Shown here: in pieces, positions 47,199 to 56,234 of the stretch
Layout: every line of letters begins with the position of its first letter
Numbering within the stretch: position 1 is the stretch's first letter
Assembly (NCBI GenBank): GCA_964502615.1
Contig: CAZCXF010000001.1
Span: 151,516-215,515, forward strand
DNA: 64,000 bases
Direction: 5' to 3'
From: an uncultured Candidatus Saccharibacteria bacterium
GTDB lineage: Bacteria > Patescibacteriota > Minisyncoccia > Phycocordibacterales > UBA9973
Position numbers and translations under genes: made by a program
The notes under the pieces: generated by a model
The model's input: only the letters and a program-made list of their open reading frames with translations
Database searches by the model: none
What the model was told of the DNA's origin: nothing

Positions 47199-47399
47199 AA
47201 AAATATATTAATGAATAAAAAAATAATTAACAAAACAAATAAGAGCATTTGTTACAATTGGCCAAAAACTTGACAGATCGTAGATTAAACCAAATTCTAC
47301 TCTATTTCTCAAATGTGTCAATGGTGTAAAGTGTATAAAGATGTGCATAAAAAAGCACCTTTTATAGGTGCTTTTTTATGGTTTTAATTTAGAGATTTA

Positions 47400-48440
47400 T
47401 TAGAATAACCTACCCATGAACAGTGAACCATTCATGTAAATAAATGAAGTCATTATTATTATGAGAAGTATTCCATAAGCTATATTTTTAGGATGTTGAA
47501 TCTTTATCTCAACGATAGACATTATCAATAGCGAAGTGAAAACTATCAAGATAAGTATGTGATAAATTGAATCAATATATGATGGTATCAAAAATATTAA
47601 TCTTTCTTTCCAATTTGAGTACTTACTTTCTTGCGATATTAGTGCTTTGTCAGCGTTTGTTTCTACGCTGTTATTTTTAACAGAAACAAAACTTTTGGTC
47701 TCTGTAATAGTCTCTAAATCTTCTAATCTAGCAACGGATTCTCCTTTAACATTTGATGATGTTTCGGTCTTTAAGTTAGAGGGTGCCTCGCCTGATACAA
47801 CCTCTTTTATTGGTTTAGTAGCAATAGCTAACTCTTTATTTGATAGTTCTTTTTTAGGAGTCATAGCTGGAGTACCGAAGGATTGAACAACAAAAGTAGT
47901 AGGAATACCTTGATAAACAGCGTCTATTGTAGCAATACCTATCTCTGTAAAATGGCTATTTAGGATATTGGCTTTATGAGTTGGTGAAGCAAGCCAAGCA
48001 TTTTCAACATCTGCAGATTCAGTAAAGTTTATGGCTAGGTTCTCCCCTGCATATTTAAAGGAATATCCAGCTTCGTCAAACCAATGCCATGGTGTTACCC
48101 CAGTTGGACTATTGTGAGCAAAATACCCTAGTCTTGCCATATCTTCAGCTTTCATTTTCGCAACTTTGTCTAATGTTGGATTTCTAGTTAAAACTTTTTG
48201 ACTATTGGATATGCGTGCGCTATTTGTAAGATCTAGAATTACAGCAGGTAAAACAGTAGCAGTAAGATTATTCTTTTTTATGTAAGAGATTGTTCCAGCT
48301 GAAATTGAAAGCAATACAATTGCAAGAACGGATATAAAAATAACAGAAGCTTCACGCAAAATGTGTGGCTTGTAGTTATTGTGCTCGTGAGGGACAAAAA
48401 GGTGTTTTAGCGATTTTATAACCTTATTCATGTCTATCAA
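47400..48440 (-). CDS. CAP/SCP (PR-1-like, YkwD-type) domain protein with N- and C-terminal TM anchors
   Basis: 'GYFAHNSPTGVTPWHWF...YAGENLAINF...AWLASPTHKANIL' CAP motifs. Confidence 0.75.
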   Translation of the reverse strand: MIDMNKVIKSLKHLFVPHEHNNYKPHILREASVIFISVLAIVLLSISAGTISYIKKNNLTATVLPAVILDLTNSARISNSQKVLTRNPTLDKVAKMKAEDMARLGYFAHNSPTGVTPWHWFDEAGYSFKYAGENLAINFTESADVENAWLASPTHKANILNSHFTEIGIATIDAVYQGIPTTFVVQSFGTPAMTPKKELSNKELAIATKPIKEVVSGEAPSNLKTETSSNVKGESVARLEDLETITETKSFVSVKNNSVETNADKALISQESKYSNWKERLIFLIPSYIDSIYHILILIVFTSLLIMSIVEIKIQHPKNIAYGILLIIIMTSFIYMNGSLFMGRLF

Positions 48441-48520
48441 TTATACCATATAATGGTGAATTGTACAAATATCCAACAAAATAAGCACCAATTTGGTGCT
48501 TATTTTGTTTAATTCCTAGA

Positions 48521-49834
48521 TTAATGATCTTTTTTACCTCCTCTATTGTCGTCATGGTCATGGTCTTTGCTGTCTTGATCTTTGTCATAATTACTGTGTC
48601 CATGATTACCATAGTAGTGGCCATGTTGATCATCGCGATTATCGTCTTTATCATCATCCTCTTTATCTTTCTTTTGTTTGACTGCGTTTCCAAAATTTAC
48701 ATCAGTTACATTAGAACCTCCGACTATCACAATGTCTTTTGGATTTTTACTCATACGCTTCCAACCTTTTTGATGAACCTCACGGACATCATATGTACCT
48801 GGTGCAATGTTGTTGAAAGTATAACTACCATCAGCATTTGTAATTGCTGAAACAATGAATTCATCTTTGCCTGAAACTGATACTTCGTCATCTAAAAGAA
48901 GTCTAATAGTCCAACCAGCAAGACCTGGCTCCCCTTCATCTTTTTTACCGTTACGATTCAAGTCATTGTATTTCATTCCATGGATACTTCCTGTTGTAGG
49001 AGTGTTTGGATTACATGGATAAATATCAACAGTAAAATTGCCAGTATTATTTGGATAATAAACATCGTAAGAAAGGAAAGATGCTAGAGAACCATCTCCA
49101 GTTGCAAGATATTTGTATTCATGTGAACCATTGTAAAATCCCCATGGAGTTGAACCATTAAATAACAAGTCTAATAGTTTAGGAGTATATGATTCATAAG
49201 TAGAAACTGAATCAGTCCATCCAACAGATGTTGGTGTTCTAAATGAATAGCGAGCGTCGTAATTTATTCCATCACCTGCATTTGCTACACCAGATGCTTT
49301 CAAAATATATTTCATCCCATTTGCTAGAGGATTAACTGACATAGTATTAGTAGATTTATCTGCAGGGACTATTACCGTTTCCATTGGTGAAACTGATTGT
49401 GTTGTTCCTTCTGGGCAAGATACCTCGACATCTTGTTTGGCTACTCCACCAGTAAAACTCCAATCCCAAGGGGATGTTCCACTTATTGAACCATCTGGAG
49501 CTATAGTTCCAGTCATATTCCAAACTGAACCAGTAGCATATGGACCTGTATATGTAACAGTAAAAGCAATATTGTTACCTGTTACTGATCCAGTAATTAT
49601 CTCACCTGTCTGCTCTAGACCTCCTGATGGCCAGCTACCAGTTCCAGTGAAAGTACCATCTAAACTATTTTGAGTAAGATTTATATCATGGAAGTAAGAG
49701 CCGAAAACATCCCATACATAGCTACCTGAAACATTCCAATTTGGAGATGTCGCATGAGTAATACTTGGAGAAAAAACCATAAACTGAGCTAATACAAACA
49801 TGCCGACACTAAACTTTTTTAAAAACTTTTTCAT
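48521..49834 (-). CDS. Secreted protein with an SdrD-B-like (Cna-B-type) domain and a His/Asp-rich C-terminal tail
   Basis: Signal peptide. 'GSIHGMKYNDLNRNGKKDEGEPGLAGWTIRLL...TNADGSYTFNNIAPGTYDVREV'. Tail 'DKEDDDKDDNRDDQHGHYYGNHGHSNYDKDQDSKDHDHDD'. Confidence 0.65.
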   Translation of the reverse strand: MKKFLKKFSVGMFVLAQFMVFSPSITHATSPNWNVSGSYVWDVFGSYFHDINLTQNSLDGTFTGTGSWPSGGLEQTGEIITGSVTGNNIAFTVTYTGPYATGSVWNMTGTIAPDGSISGTSPWDWSFTGGVAKQDVEVSCPEGTTQSVSPMETVIVPADKSTNTMSVNPLANGMKYILKASGVANAGDGINYDARYSFRTPTSVGWTDSVSTYESYTPKLLDLLFNGSTPWGFYNGSHEYKYLATGDGSLASFLSYDVYYPNNTGNFTVDIYPCNPNTPTTGSIHGMKYNDLNRNGKKDEGEPGLAGWTIRLLLDDEVSVSGKDEFIVSAITNADGSYTFNNIAPGTYDVREVHQKGWKRMSKNPKDIVIVGGSNVTDVNFGNAVKQKKDKEDDDKDDNRDDQHGHYYGNHGHSNYDKDQDSKDHDHDDNRGGKKDH

Positions 49835-49939
49835 AAGTCGTCTAGGCTTTTTAGCCTATAAATTAATTGATTAATAGAAACTCTTTAAATTAAGTATATG
49901 CTCTTTGGGCCATTTGTCTAATATAGATTGTGGACAACA

Positions 49940-49972
49940 AAAAAAGCCCCGATTAATCGGGACTTTTTTTGT
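49940..49972. terminator. Rho-independent terminator (palindromic hairpin)
   Basis: AAAAAAAG-CCCCGATT|AATCGGG-ACTTTTTTTG, downstream of the minus-strand gene 49980..50783. Confidence 0.75.
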
Positions 49973-49979
49973 ATAGATT

Positions 49980-50783
49980 TTATCTATCACCGTCACGGCC
50001 TTTACCACGACCCTCACCTTTTCCATTTTCACGATCACCTCCGAAAAAGTCTTTCATCATTCCTTTGAAACTACCATCCATTTTACCGTTGTCTTTCCAA
50101 TCATCTTCACGGTCTTTACGGTCACCCATATTTCTAATGTTTGTATTACTTACTTTTCTTGCATTAATAGTAGGTGAACTAGCAGTAGGGTCCATCATAC
50201 CTTTAACTTCTACCCAATCCCCTGCTTTATACAAACTTACGTCTTGAGCAAGTGAACCAAACTTTGCATTAGTAGTGTTTACATTGAATGTCAAACCCCA
50301 TACTTTTACAACCAGGTTATTACCGTTGATAGAATCGATAGTACCTTGGAGGTTTACTTGTCCTCTTGGATTTATCTCAAGCTTCATCTTTGTGTTGTTA
50401 ATAACAGGAAGCGGATTTTGATTCATATTAACTGTGATGCTAGTAGAAGTATCAGCAGAGAATGCTGTAGGAGTAGCGTTATCTGTGGCAACTAATTTGA
50501 AGTTATAAACTCCTGGTGAAGTTAGTCCAGTAACAGACGTAGTCACTGAGCTAGGAGAAACTATAACTGGTGTAACTGGACCACCTGTGAATGTCCAAGC
50601 ATAAGTTGCTATTGCTGTAGCTGGGCTTGAGAATGTTGCAGAGCCAGATAGAGTGGCTGTGTTTGTTGGTAATGTTATTGTTTGAGATGCACCAGCACTA
50701 ACAGTGGGAGCTGCTGCTTGAGCAACTGCTACGATACCTAAAACAGCTAGAACCATAGAACCTAATACTAATATTTTTTTCAT
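49980..50783 (-). CDS. Secreted hypothetical protein with a Gly/Arg/Asp/Lys-rich C-terminal tail
   Basis: 'MKKILVLGSMVLAVLGIVAVAQA' signal peptide. Confidence 0.5.
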   Translation of the reverse strand: MKKILVLGSMVLAVLGIVAVAQAAAPTVSAGASQTITLPTNTATLSGSATFSSPATAIATYAWTFTGGPVTPVIVSPSSVTTSVTGLTSPGVYNFKLVATDNATPTAFSADTSTSITVNMNQNPLPVINNTKMKLEINPRGQVNLQGTIDSINGNNLVVKVWGLTFNVNTTNAKFGSLAQDVSLYKAGDWVEVKGMMDPTASSPTINARKVSNTNIRNMGDRKDREDDWKDNGKMDGSFKGMMKDFFGGDRENGKGEGRGKGRDGDR

Positions 50784-50888
50784 AATTAAACTTATATTTT
50801 AAATTAATAAATAAGGAATGCCATCGATTTAGCACTCCTACTACATTATAACGTATTCAATTTGAAGACGTGACACTAAAGATGTGGT

Positions 50889-51905
50889 CTAATTTTTATG
50901 TCTATTTATAGCCATTGATAATAAATGATCTATAAACTCAGGCATTGAAGCACCAACTACACCTAAAGCCTTTGGAGTAAGAGAAGCATCAGATAAACCC
51001 GGTAGAGTATTGACCTCAAGTGCATATATACCCTTCTTAGGATGAACAATAAAATCACTTCTTGAATAATGATCGAGGTTGAGTCCTGTATGGATAAGTG
51101 AGGCAAGCCGAATAAGTTCTTCTTTTTCTTCTTTACTAAAATTGCCAGGACAAATTTCTGCTTCTGTTGAACTTGTACCATACTTAACTTCGTAGTCAAA
51201 AAAATCCTTTCCTTTTGGAACTCTTATTTCGATAGGAGGCAATGCATAGATGGGTTGATTCCTAAATTTTTCTATAATAGGAACAGTTGCTTCTTTACCT
51301 TCTATCATCTCTTCTATCAACATATCAACACCGTCATTAATACAAGTCATTATTGCTTCCTCTAATTGAGGGAATGTTTTACAAATGCTGACACCGACAG
51401 AGGAACCAGAAGATATAGGCTTCACAACCCAAGGTGGTGAAATCTTACTCCAAACAAATTGTGCTTGTTCTTTGCCAAGTACTCTTATGTCTTTACTTTT
51501 ATCAATACTATCAATAGTTATAATTACAGATTGTGGGGTTTTGATACCTAAGGCTTTAAATCTTTCTTTAGCTAAGGCCTTGTTGTAACCTAGAGCCGAA
51601 GCAAAAGCACCACTTCCTGTGTAGGGAATCTTCCACTGATCAAGCATTTGTTGAACTTTACCATCTTCTCCGTAGTCACCATGCAGAGCGTTGAAAATAA
51701 CATCTACATGATTTGAAATATGCTCAAGTGTAGTAGGTTTACCACCAACATGCCAAGCACCATTTTTATCTATCAAGATATCGATGGGTTTATATTTTTC
51801 ATTTAATTTATCTCCTCGCAAATGAGAAAGTACATTGCCACCAGTATTGAGTGACACTTCGTATTCAGAACTAGGACCTCCTCGAATAACTCCAACTCTG
51901 ATCAT
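50889..51905 (-). CDS. ddl: D-alanine--D-alanine ligase
   Basis: 'IRVGVIRGGPSSEYEVSL' N-terminus and an ATP-grasp domain. Confidence 0.9.
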   Translation of the reverse strand: MIRVGVIRGGPSSEYEVSLNTGGNVLSHLRGDKLNEKYKPIDILIDKNGAWHVGGKPTTLEHISNHVDVIFNALHGDYGEDGKVQQMLDQWKIPYTGSGAFASALGYNKALAKERFKALGIKTPQSVIITIDSIDKSKDIRVLGKEQAQFVWSKISPPWVVKPISSGSSVGVSICKTFPQLEEAIMTCINDGVDMLIEEMIEGKEATVPIIEKFRNQPIYALPPIEIRVPKGKDFFDYEVKYGTSSTEAEICPGNFSKEEKEELIRLASLIHTGLNLDHYSRSDFIVHPKKGIYALEVNTLPGLSDASLTPKALGVVGASMPEFIDHLLSMAINRHKN

Positions 51906-51956
51906 ATAAACTGATTATACCAAAATTAAAATGCTAAAAATAGCTCTTCTCAAAAA

Positions 51957-53135
51957 CTATTTTAAGAAACTTTTTCCCCTCCTGTTTTTATGGAAAGTGA
52001 TGGCAAACCTATGAGCTTCGCTATTTGAAAGTAGTACTGATTTTTTATGTTTTTTTATAAGTTCTTCATTGCCTACTAAAGCCCGAGCTTTATGTCTATC
52101 ATCTTTCACTACTGCTATTATTGGAATATCTAATTGGTATCTATCCAATACTCTTTTGGCAACATTTATCTGTGCAGTGCTACCATCAACTACAACAATG
52201 TTTGGAAAGCCCCACTCAGTATGGCGAAACCTTCTAGACAATACTTCTTCAAGAGCTCCAGTATCATTTGAACCAGTCTGAGTTTTTATTATAAATTTTT
52301 TGTATTCATTTTTTGCTACCTCACCATCTTGAACCACAGTCATAACTCCTACCATATTCAAACCCCCCATATGAGCAATATCGTAAGCTTCAATTCTGGT
52401 GCTTATATTCTTAATAGTGTTATCTTCTTTTATAAGCGCAACATCATTTATATGTTCTAGGGCAAATATCCTTTTCTTTATTTCACCAGCCCTTTCAAAT
52501 TCTCTATTCTTAGCAAAGAGCATCATATCTTTTTTAAGATTTAAAATAATTTTTTTCTTCTTACCTTCGAAGAATAGGATTAAATTCTTAATATTATTCT
52601 GATAATCCCCCTCTGGTATCAAAGCTAGTTGTTTGTAAAATTGATAATTTTGTTTTTTATCTGAATTATTATCAAAATAAGGAAAAATTTTACGAATAAT
52701 TCTCATACCTTCACGGAGTTGTAAACCATTTGGAAAAGGTCCAAGTACTTTTTTGTAATCAGATTTTTTTAATTTTCTTCCTCGAAGAACTAATACTTTA
52801 GATATTTTATCTTTAGTTATACATACATAATTAAAGCTCTTATTGTCTTTTTCTTTTGTATTGTATTTAGGTTGATGTTTCTTGATAAGCTCAGCCTCAA
52901 GTATTAATGCCTCAAGTACACTATCTGTCTCTTGCCACTTGAGCTTATCTGCTTGAACAGTCATATCTAAAATAAGTGGCCCGCGAGTCACGATTAAGTC
53001 TTTACCAAAATAACTCTTTACGCGAGAGCGAAGTGAGGTAGCCTTACCAATATAAAGCAGTTTTTTACCTTTATAGAAAAAATAAACCCCTGGTTTTTCA
53101 GGTATATTGAGTTTTTTCAGAAATTGACTTTTCAT
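51957..53135 (-). CDS. uvrC: Excinuclease ABC subunit C, short form (GIY-YIG, UVR and RNase-H-like domains, no C-terminal (HhH)2)
   Basis: 'PEKPGVYFFYKGKKLLYIGKATSLRSRVKSYF' GIY-YIG. UVR motif 'LFAKNREFERAGEIKKRIFALEHI'. RNase-H-like 'IEAYDIAHMGG...VVVDGSTAQ'. At 392 aa it ends before any HhH region. Confidence 0.8.
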   Translation of the reverse strand: MKSQFLKKLNIPEKPGVYFFYKGKKLLYIGKATSLRSRVKSYFGKDLIVTRGPLILDMTVQADKLKWQETDSVLEALILEAELIKKHQPKYNTKEKDNKSFNYVCITKDKISKVLVLRGRKLKKSDYKKVLGPFPNGLQLREGMRIIRKIFPYFDNNSDKKQNYQFYKQLALIPEGDYQNNIKNLILFFEGKKKKIILNLKKDMMLFAKNREFERAGEIKKRIFALEHINDVALIKEDNTIKNISTRIEAYDIAHMGGLNMVGVMTVVQDGEVAKNEYKKFIIKTQTGSNDTGALEEVLSRRFRHTEWGFPNIVVVDGSTAQINVAKRVLDRYQLDIPIIAVVKDDRHKARALVGNEELIKKHKKSVLLSNSEAHRFAITFHKNRRGKSFLK

Positions 53136-53577
53136 GACCTTAATATATGATAAATATAAACAAACTCCAAGAGATATGAAAAATAGACTCCTTGGATGGA
53201 CACATGAATTCTCTTCAATATGTCCTCCTGAAAAAAAGAAAGAGCTAAAAACTAAAGCAAGTTCAATAAAAGTAATTCACCCACAAGATCTTTTTAGTTT
53301 TTTAAAAAAATTCTTCAAAGAGGTAAAGCCATTCAAATCTGCAACAATATGGTTTAGGCCATCACCTCAACAAGATGATGATGGTAAGAAATTAAAATTC
53401 TTTAAACAGACCTATGTGCTATTAATGGATGGTGAGGGTAAAAATATTGAATTAAAAAAAGACTACGCAGAAACTATCCTGCACCTGAGGAAAAATATTA
53501 AAGGCAATTACGATTCTATTGTTGAATGTGGAGAAGGATATTCTGCAATAAAATGTCTACTAAAAGAATTGTTTTAA
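53134..53577 (+). CDS. Hypothetical protein (147 aa; start uncertain)
   Basis: The ORF is followed by a plus-strand-specific hairpin plus T-run terminator (GAGCC-ggctcata-GGCTC-ATTTTTT at about 53594..53619), which supports expression. Its annotated ATG overlaps the uvrC ATG on the opposite strand (CATG), so an internal Met near 53176 is plausible. Confidence 0.4.
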   Translation: MTLIYDKYKQTPRDMKNRLLGWTHEFSSICPPEKKKELKTKASSIKVIHPQDLFSFLKKFFKEVKPFKSATIWFRPSPQQDDDGKKLKFFKQTYVLLMDGEGKNIELKKDYAETILHLRKNIKGNYDSIVECGEGYSAIKCLLKELF

Positions 53578-53616
53578 ATGAAGTTACAAGCACGAGCCGG
53601 CTCATAGGCTCATTTT

Positions 53617-56214
53617 TTATTTCTTTTTTAGAACTTTCTTCAAGTATTTTCCAGTATAGCTTCCTTGAGTATTTGCAACTTCCTCGGGTGTACCTTTAGC
53701 AACTATTTTTCCACCACCTACTCCCCCCTCAGGACCAATATCGATAATATAATCAGAGCATTTTATTATATCCATATTGTGTTCAATCAAGACAACAGTA
53801 TTGCCTTTATCAACTAATTTATTTAAAACTTCTAGGAGCTTTGCTACGTCATCATAATGAAGTCCAACTGTTGGTTCATCTAAAAGATATATAGTCTTTT
53901 CTAAATGTGGTCGATATAGTTCTGAAGAAATTTTTACACGTTGAGCTTCACCTCCAGAGAGTGTTGTAGCAGACTGGCCAAGCTTTATGTACCCAAGACC
54001 CACGTCCATCAAAGTTTTCAATCTATCATAAACATTTGGAATATCCTCAAAAAAAGTTACTGCTTCTTCAATAGACATTTCAAGAACCTCGTGAATATTC
54101 TTTTTCTTATATTTGATTGTAAGAGTTTCTTTATCAAATCTTTTACCAAGACATACATCACAAGTAACATAGACAGTCGGTAAGAAGTGCATTTCAACCG
54201 CAATTTCCCCGTTTCCTTCACAAGCTTCACATCGTCCTCCTTTAACATTGAAAGAAAAACGGTTTGGTTTCCACCCTCGTAATCGAGCTTCTTCACTTGT
54301 AGCAAATAAATCACGTATGTGAGTAAAAGCTCCTGTGTAGGTTGCAATATTTGAGCGTGGAGTGCGACCGATTGGTGATTGATCAATTAGTATTGAGCGA
54401 GATAAATACTCAGTTCCTGTAAATGAAGCACAGTTAAAAACCTGAGCGCTTCGATATTTTCTTTCATACCTCGCCTGAAGATTTTTATATAAAATCTCAT
54501 ACATAAAAGAACTTTTACCTGAACCAGAAACACCTGTAATCGTAACCATTTTACCAAGAGGTACTTCAGCATTTAGATTTTCAATATTAAAAACCTTTCC
54601 ACCAACTATTTTTAGGGTTCCTTTGTCACTAGTGCGTCTTTTTTCTGGAATTTCTATCCGTGCTTCATTTCTAAGATAAGAAAGTGTTCTAGATTTAGAA
54701 GAGTTTGTTTTTGCATCAAGAAGTGGTGCTAGATAGTCTGCAACTATAACTTGACCTCCGTGAACACCTGCTTTAGGACCAATATCAACAATAAAGTCAG
54801 AAGCAAAAATAGTATCTTCGTCATGCTCAACAACTAGGATAGTATTACCAAGATCTCGTAAATCTTCGAGAGTCTTAATTAAGCGCTCATTGTCACGCTG
54901 ATGAAGACCAATTGTTGGCTCATCAAGTACATAAAGAGCTCCGACAAGACGAGAGCCTAGCTGTGATGCTAAACGAATACGTTGAGCTTCACCACCAGAG
55001 AGAGTATTTGCCTTACGATCAAGTGATAAATATTCAAGTCCAACATTTAAAAGAAATTGTAACCGTGCTTCAATCTCTTTGATAACTACCTTTGAAATTT
55101 CTTTTTCTTGTTCATTCAACTCAAGTTCAATAAAGTAATCCGTTACTTGTTGTATAGAGAGTTGAGTTATTTTTACGATATTTATACCTTTTGTTTTACC
55201 TAGGAAAACATTTAAAGCCTCTCTACGTAAACGTGCTCCACCGCAAACATCACAAGGTTCTGTACCTCCGAAATATTTTGTACCTAGACCATTACATTCA
55301 GGACATGCTCCGTATGGAGAGTTGAAAGAAAAAAGTCTTGGTTCAATTTCTGGAAACGAAAAACCATCACGAGGGCAAGCAAATTTGGAAGACATTAGAA
55401 ACTCTTCCTCAGCAATTGAAATAGTAACAAGACCTTCAGATTCAAGTAAGGCTCTCTCTATCGCTTCAGAGAGACGCATACGAGCATCGTCGGGGCTGTC
55501 TTTGAATTCATGAATTGCAAATGAATCTACAAGTACATCAATATCATGCTTTTTAGTTTTTGAAATATCAATCCGCTCACGAAGATTGCGTATTTCTCCA
55601 TCCATTCTTACTTTGGAAAATCCTTTGTTCAATAAATCATATAAGAGCTGGTAGTACTCACCCTTTCTTCCGCGAACAACTGGAGAATATATTGTGATTG
55701 GAGTTTCATCCCACTCGACACCCATTACTTTTTTCTTTCCAGCCGGTTTTTGGTGGTTCTTTATTTTCTTTAGCACAAAATTCATTATCTCTTCATTTGA
55801 GAGTTTCTTGATTTCATCTCCACATTCTGGACAATGCGGTCTACCAATACGCGCGTAAAGCACACGAAGATAATCATATATCTCAGTTATGGTTGCAACT
55901 GTTGAACGAGGATTATTTGAACGAGATTTTTGATCAATAGATATCGCTGGAGAGAGGCCTGTAATTTCGTCTACGTCTGGTTTTGGCATCTGGTTTAAGA
56001 ATTGTCTAGCATATGCAGAAAGAGATTCCACATATCGACGCTGACCCTCAGCAAAGATAGTATCGAAGGCAAGTGAAGATTTACCAGAACCAGACATACC
56101 AGTAATAACCACCATCTTATTTCTTGGCATTTCAAGGCTGATATTCTTTAGATTGTGGGTCCTGGCACCCTTTATTACGATTTTATCGTGTACATCTTTC
56201 TTCATAAAAGTCAT
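53617..56214 (-). CDS. uvrA: Excinuclease ABC subunit A (865 aa, compact form)
   Basis: Two ABC ATPase modules: 'VVITGMSGSGKSSLAFDT' and 'VTITGVSGSGKSS', with 'LSGGEAQR' signatures twice. Zn-finger Cys pairs are present. Confidence 0.95.
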   Translation of the reverse strand: MTFMKKDVHDKIVIKGARTHNLKNISLEMPRNKMVVITGMSGSGKSSLAFDTIFAEGQRRYVESLSAYARQFLNQMPKPDVDEITGLSPAISIDQKSRSNNPRSTVATITEIYDYLRVLYARIGRPHCPECGDEIKKLSNEEIMNFVLKKIKNHQKPAGKKKVMGVEWDETPITIYSPVVRGRKGEYYQLLYDLLNKGFSKVRMDGEIRNLRERIDISKTKKHDIDVLVDSFAIHEFKDSPDDARMRLSEAIERALLESEGLVTISIAEEEFLMSSKFACPRDGFSFPEIEPRLFSFNSPYGACPECNGLGTKYFGGTEPCDVCGGARLRREALNVFLGKTKGINIVKITQLSIQQVTDYFIELELNEQEKEISKVVIKEIEARLQFLLNVGLEYLSLDRKANTLSGGEAQRIRLASQLGSRLVGALYVLDEPTIGLHQRDNERLIKTLEDLRDLGNTILVVEHDEDTIFASDFIVDIGPKAGVHGGQVIVADYLAPLLDAKTNSSKSRTLSYLRNEARIEIPEKRRTSDKGTLKIVGGKVFNIENLNAEVPLGKMVTITGVSGSGKSSFMYEILYKNLQARYERKYRSAQVFNCASFTGTEYLSRSILIDQSPIGRTPRSNIATYTGAFTHIRDLFATSEEARLRGWKPNRFSFNVKGGRCEACEGNGEIAVEMHFLPTVYVTCDVCLGKRFDKETLTIKYKKKNIHEVLEMSIEEAVTFFEDIPNVYDRLKTLMDVGLGYIKLGQSATTLSGGEAQRVKISSELYRPHLEKTIYLLDEPTVGLHYDDVAKLLEVLNKLVDKGNTVVLIEHNMDIIKCSDYIIDIGPEGGVGGGKIVAKGTPEEVANTQGSYTGKYLKKVLKKK

Positions 56215-56234
56215 TCAGTATAACACTTTTTGAA

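Noticed and set aside
48424-48850. ORFs 48424..48693 (minus strand) and 48524..48850 (plus strand)
   Set aside because: They lie in or antisense to the His/Asp-rich low-complexity tail of the SdrD-B-like protein. They are repeat-driven artefacts.
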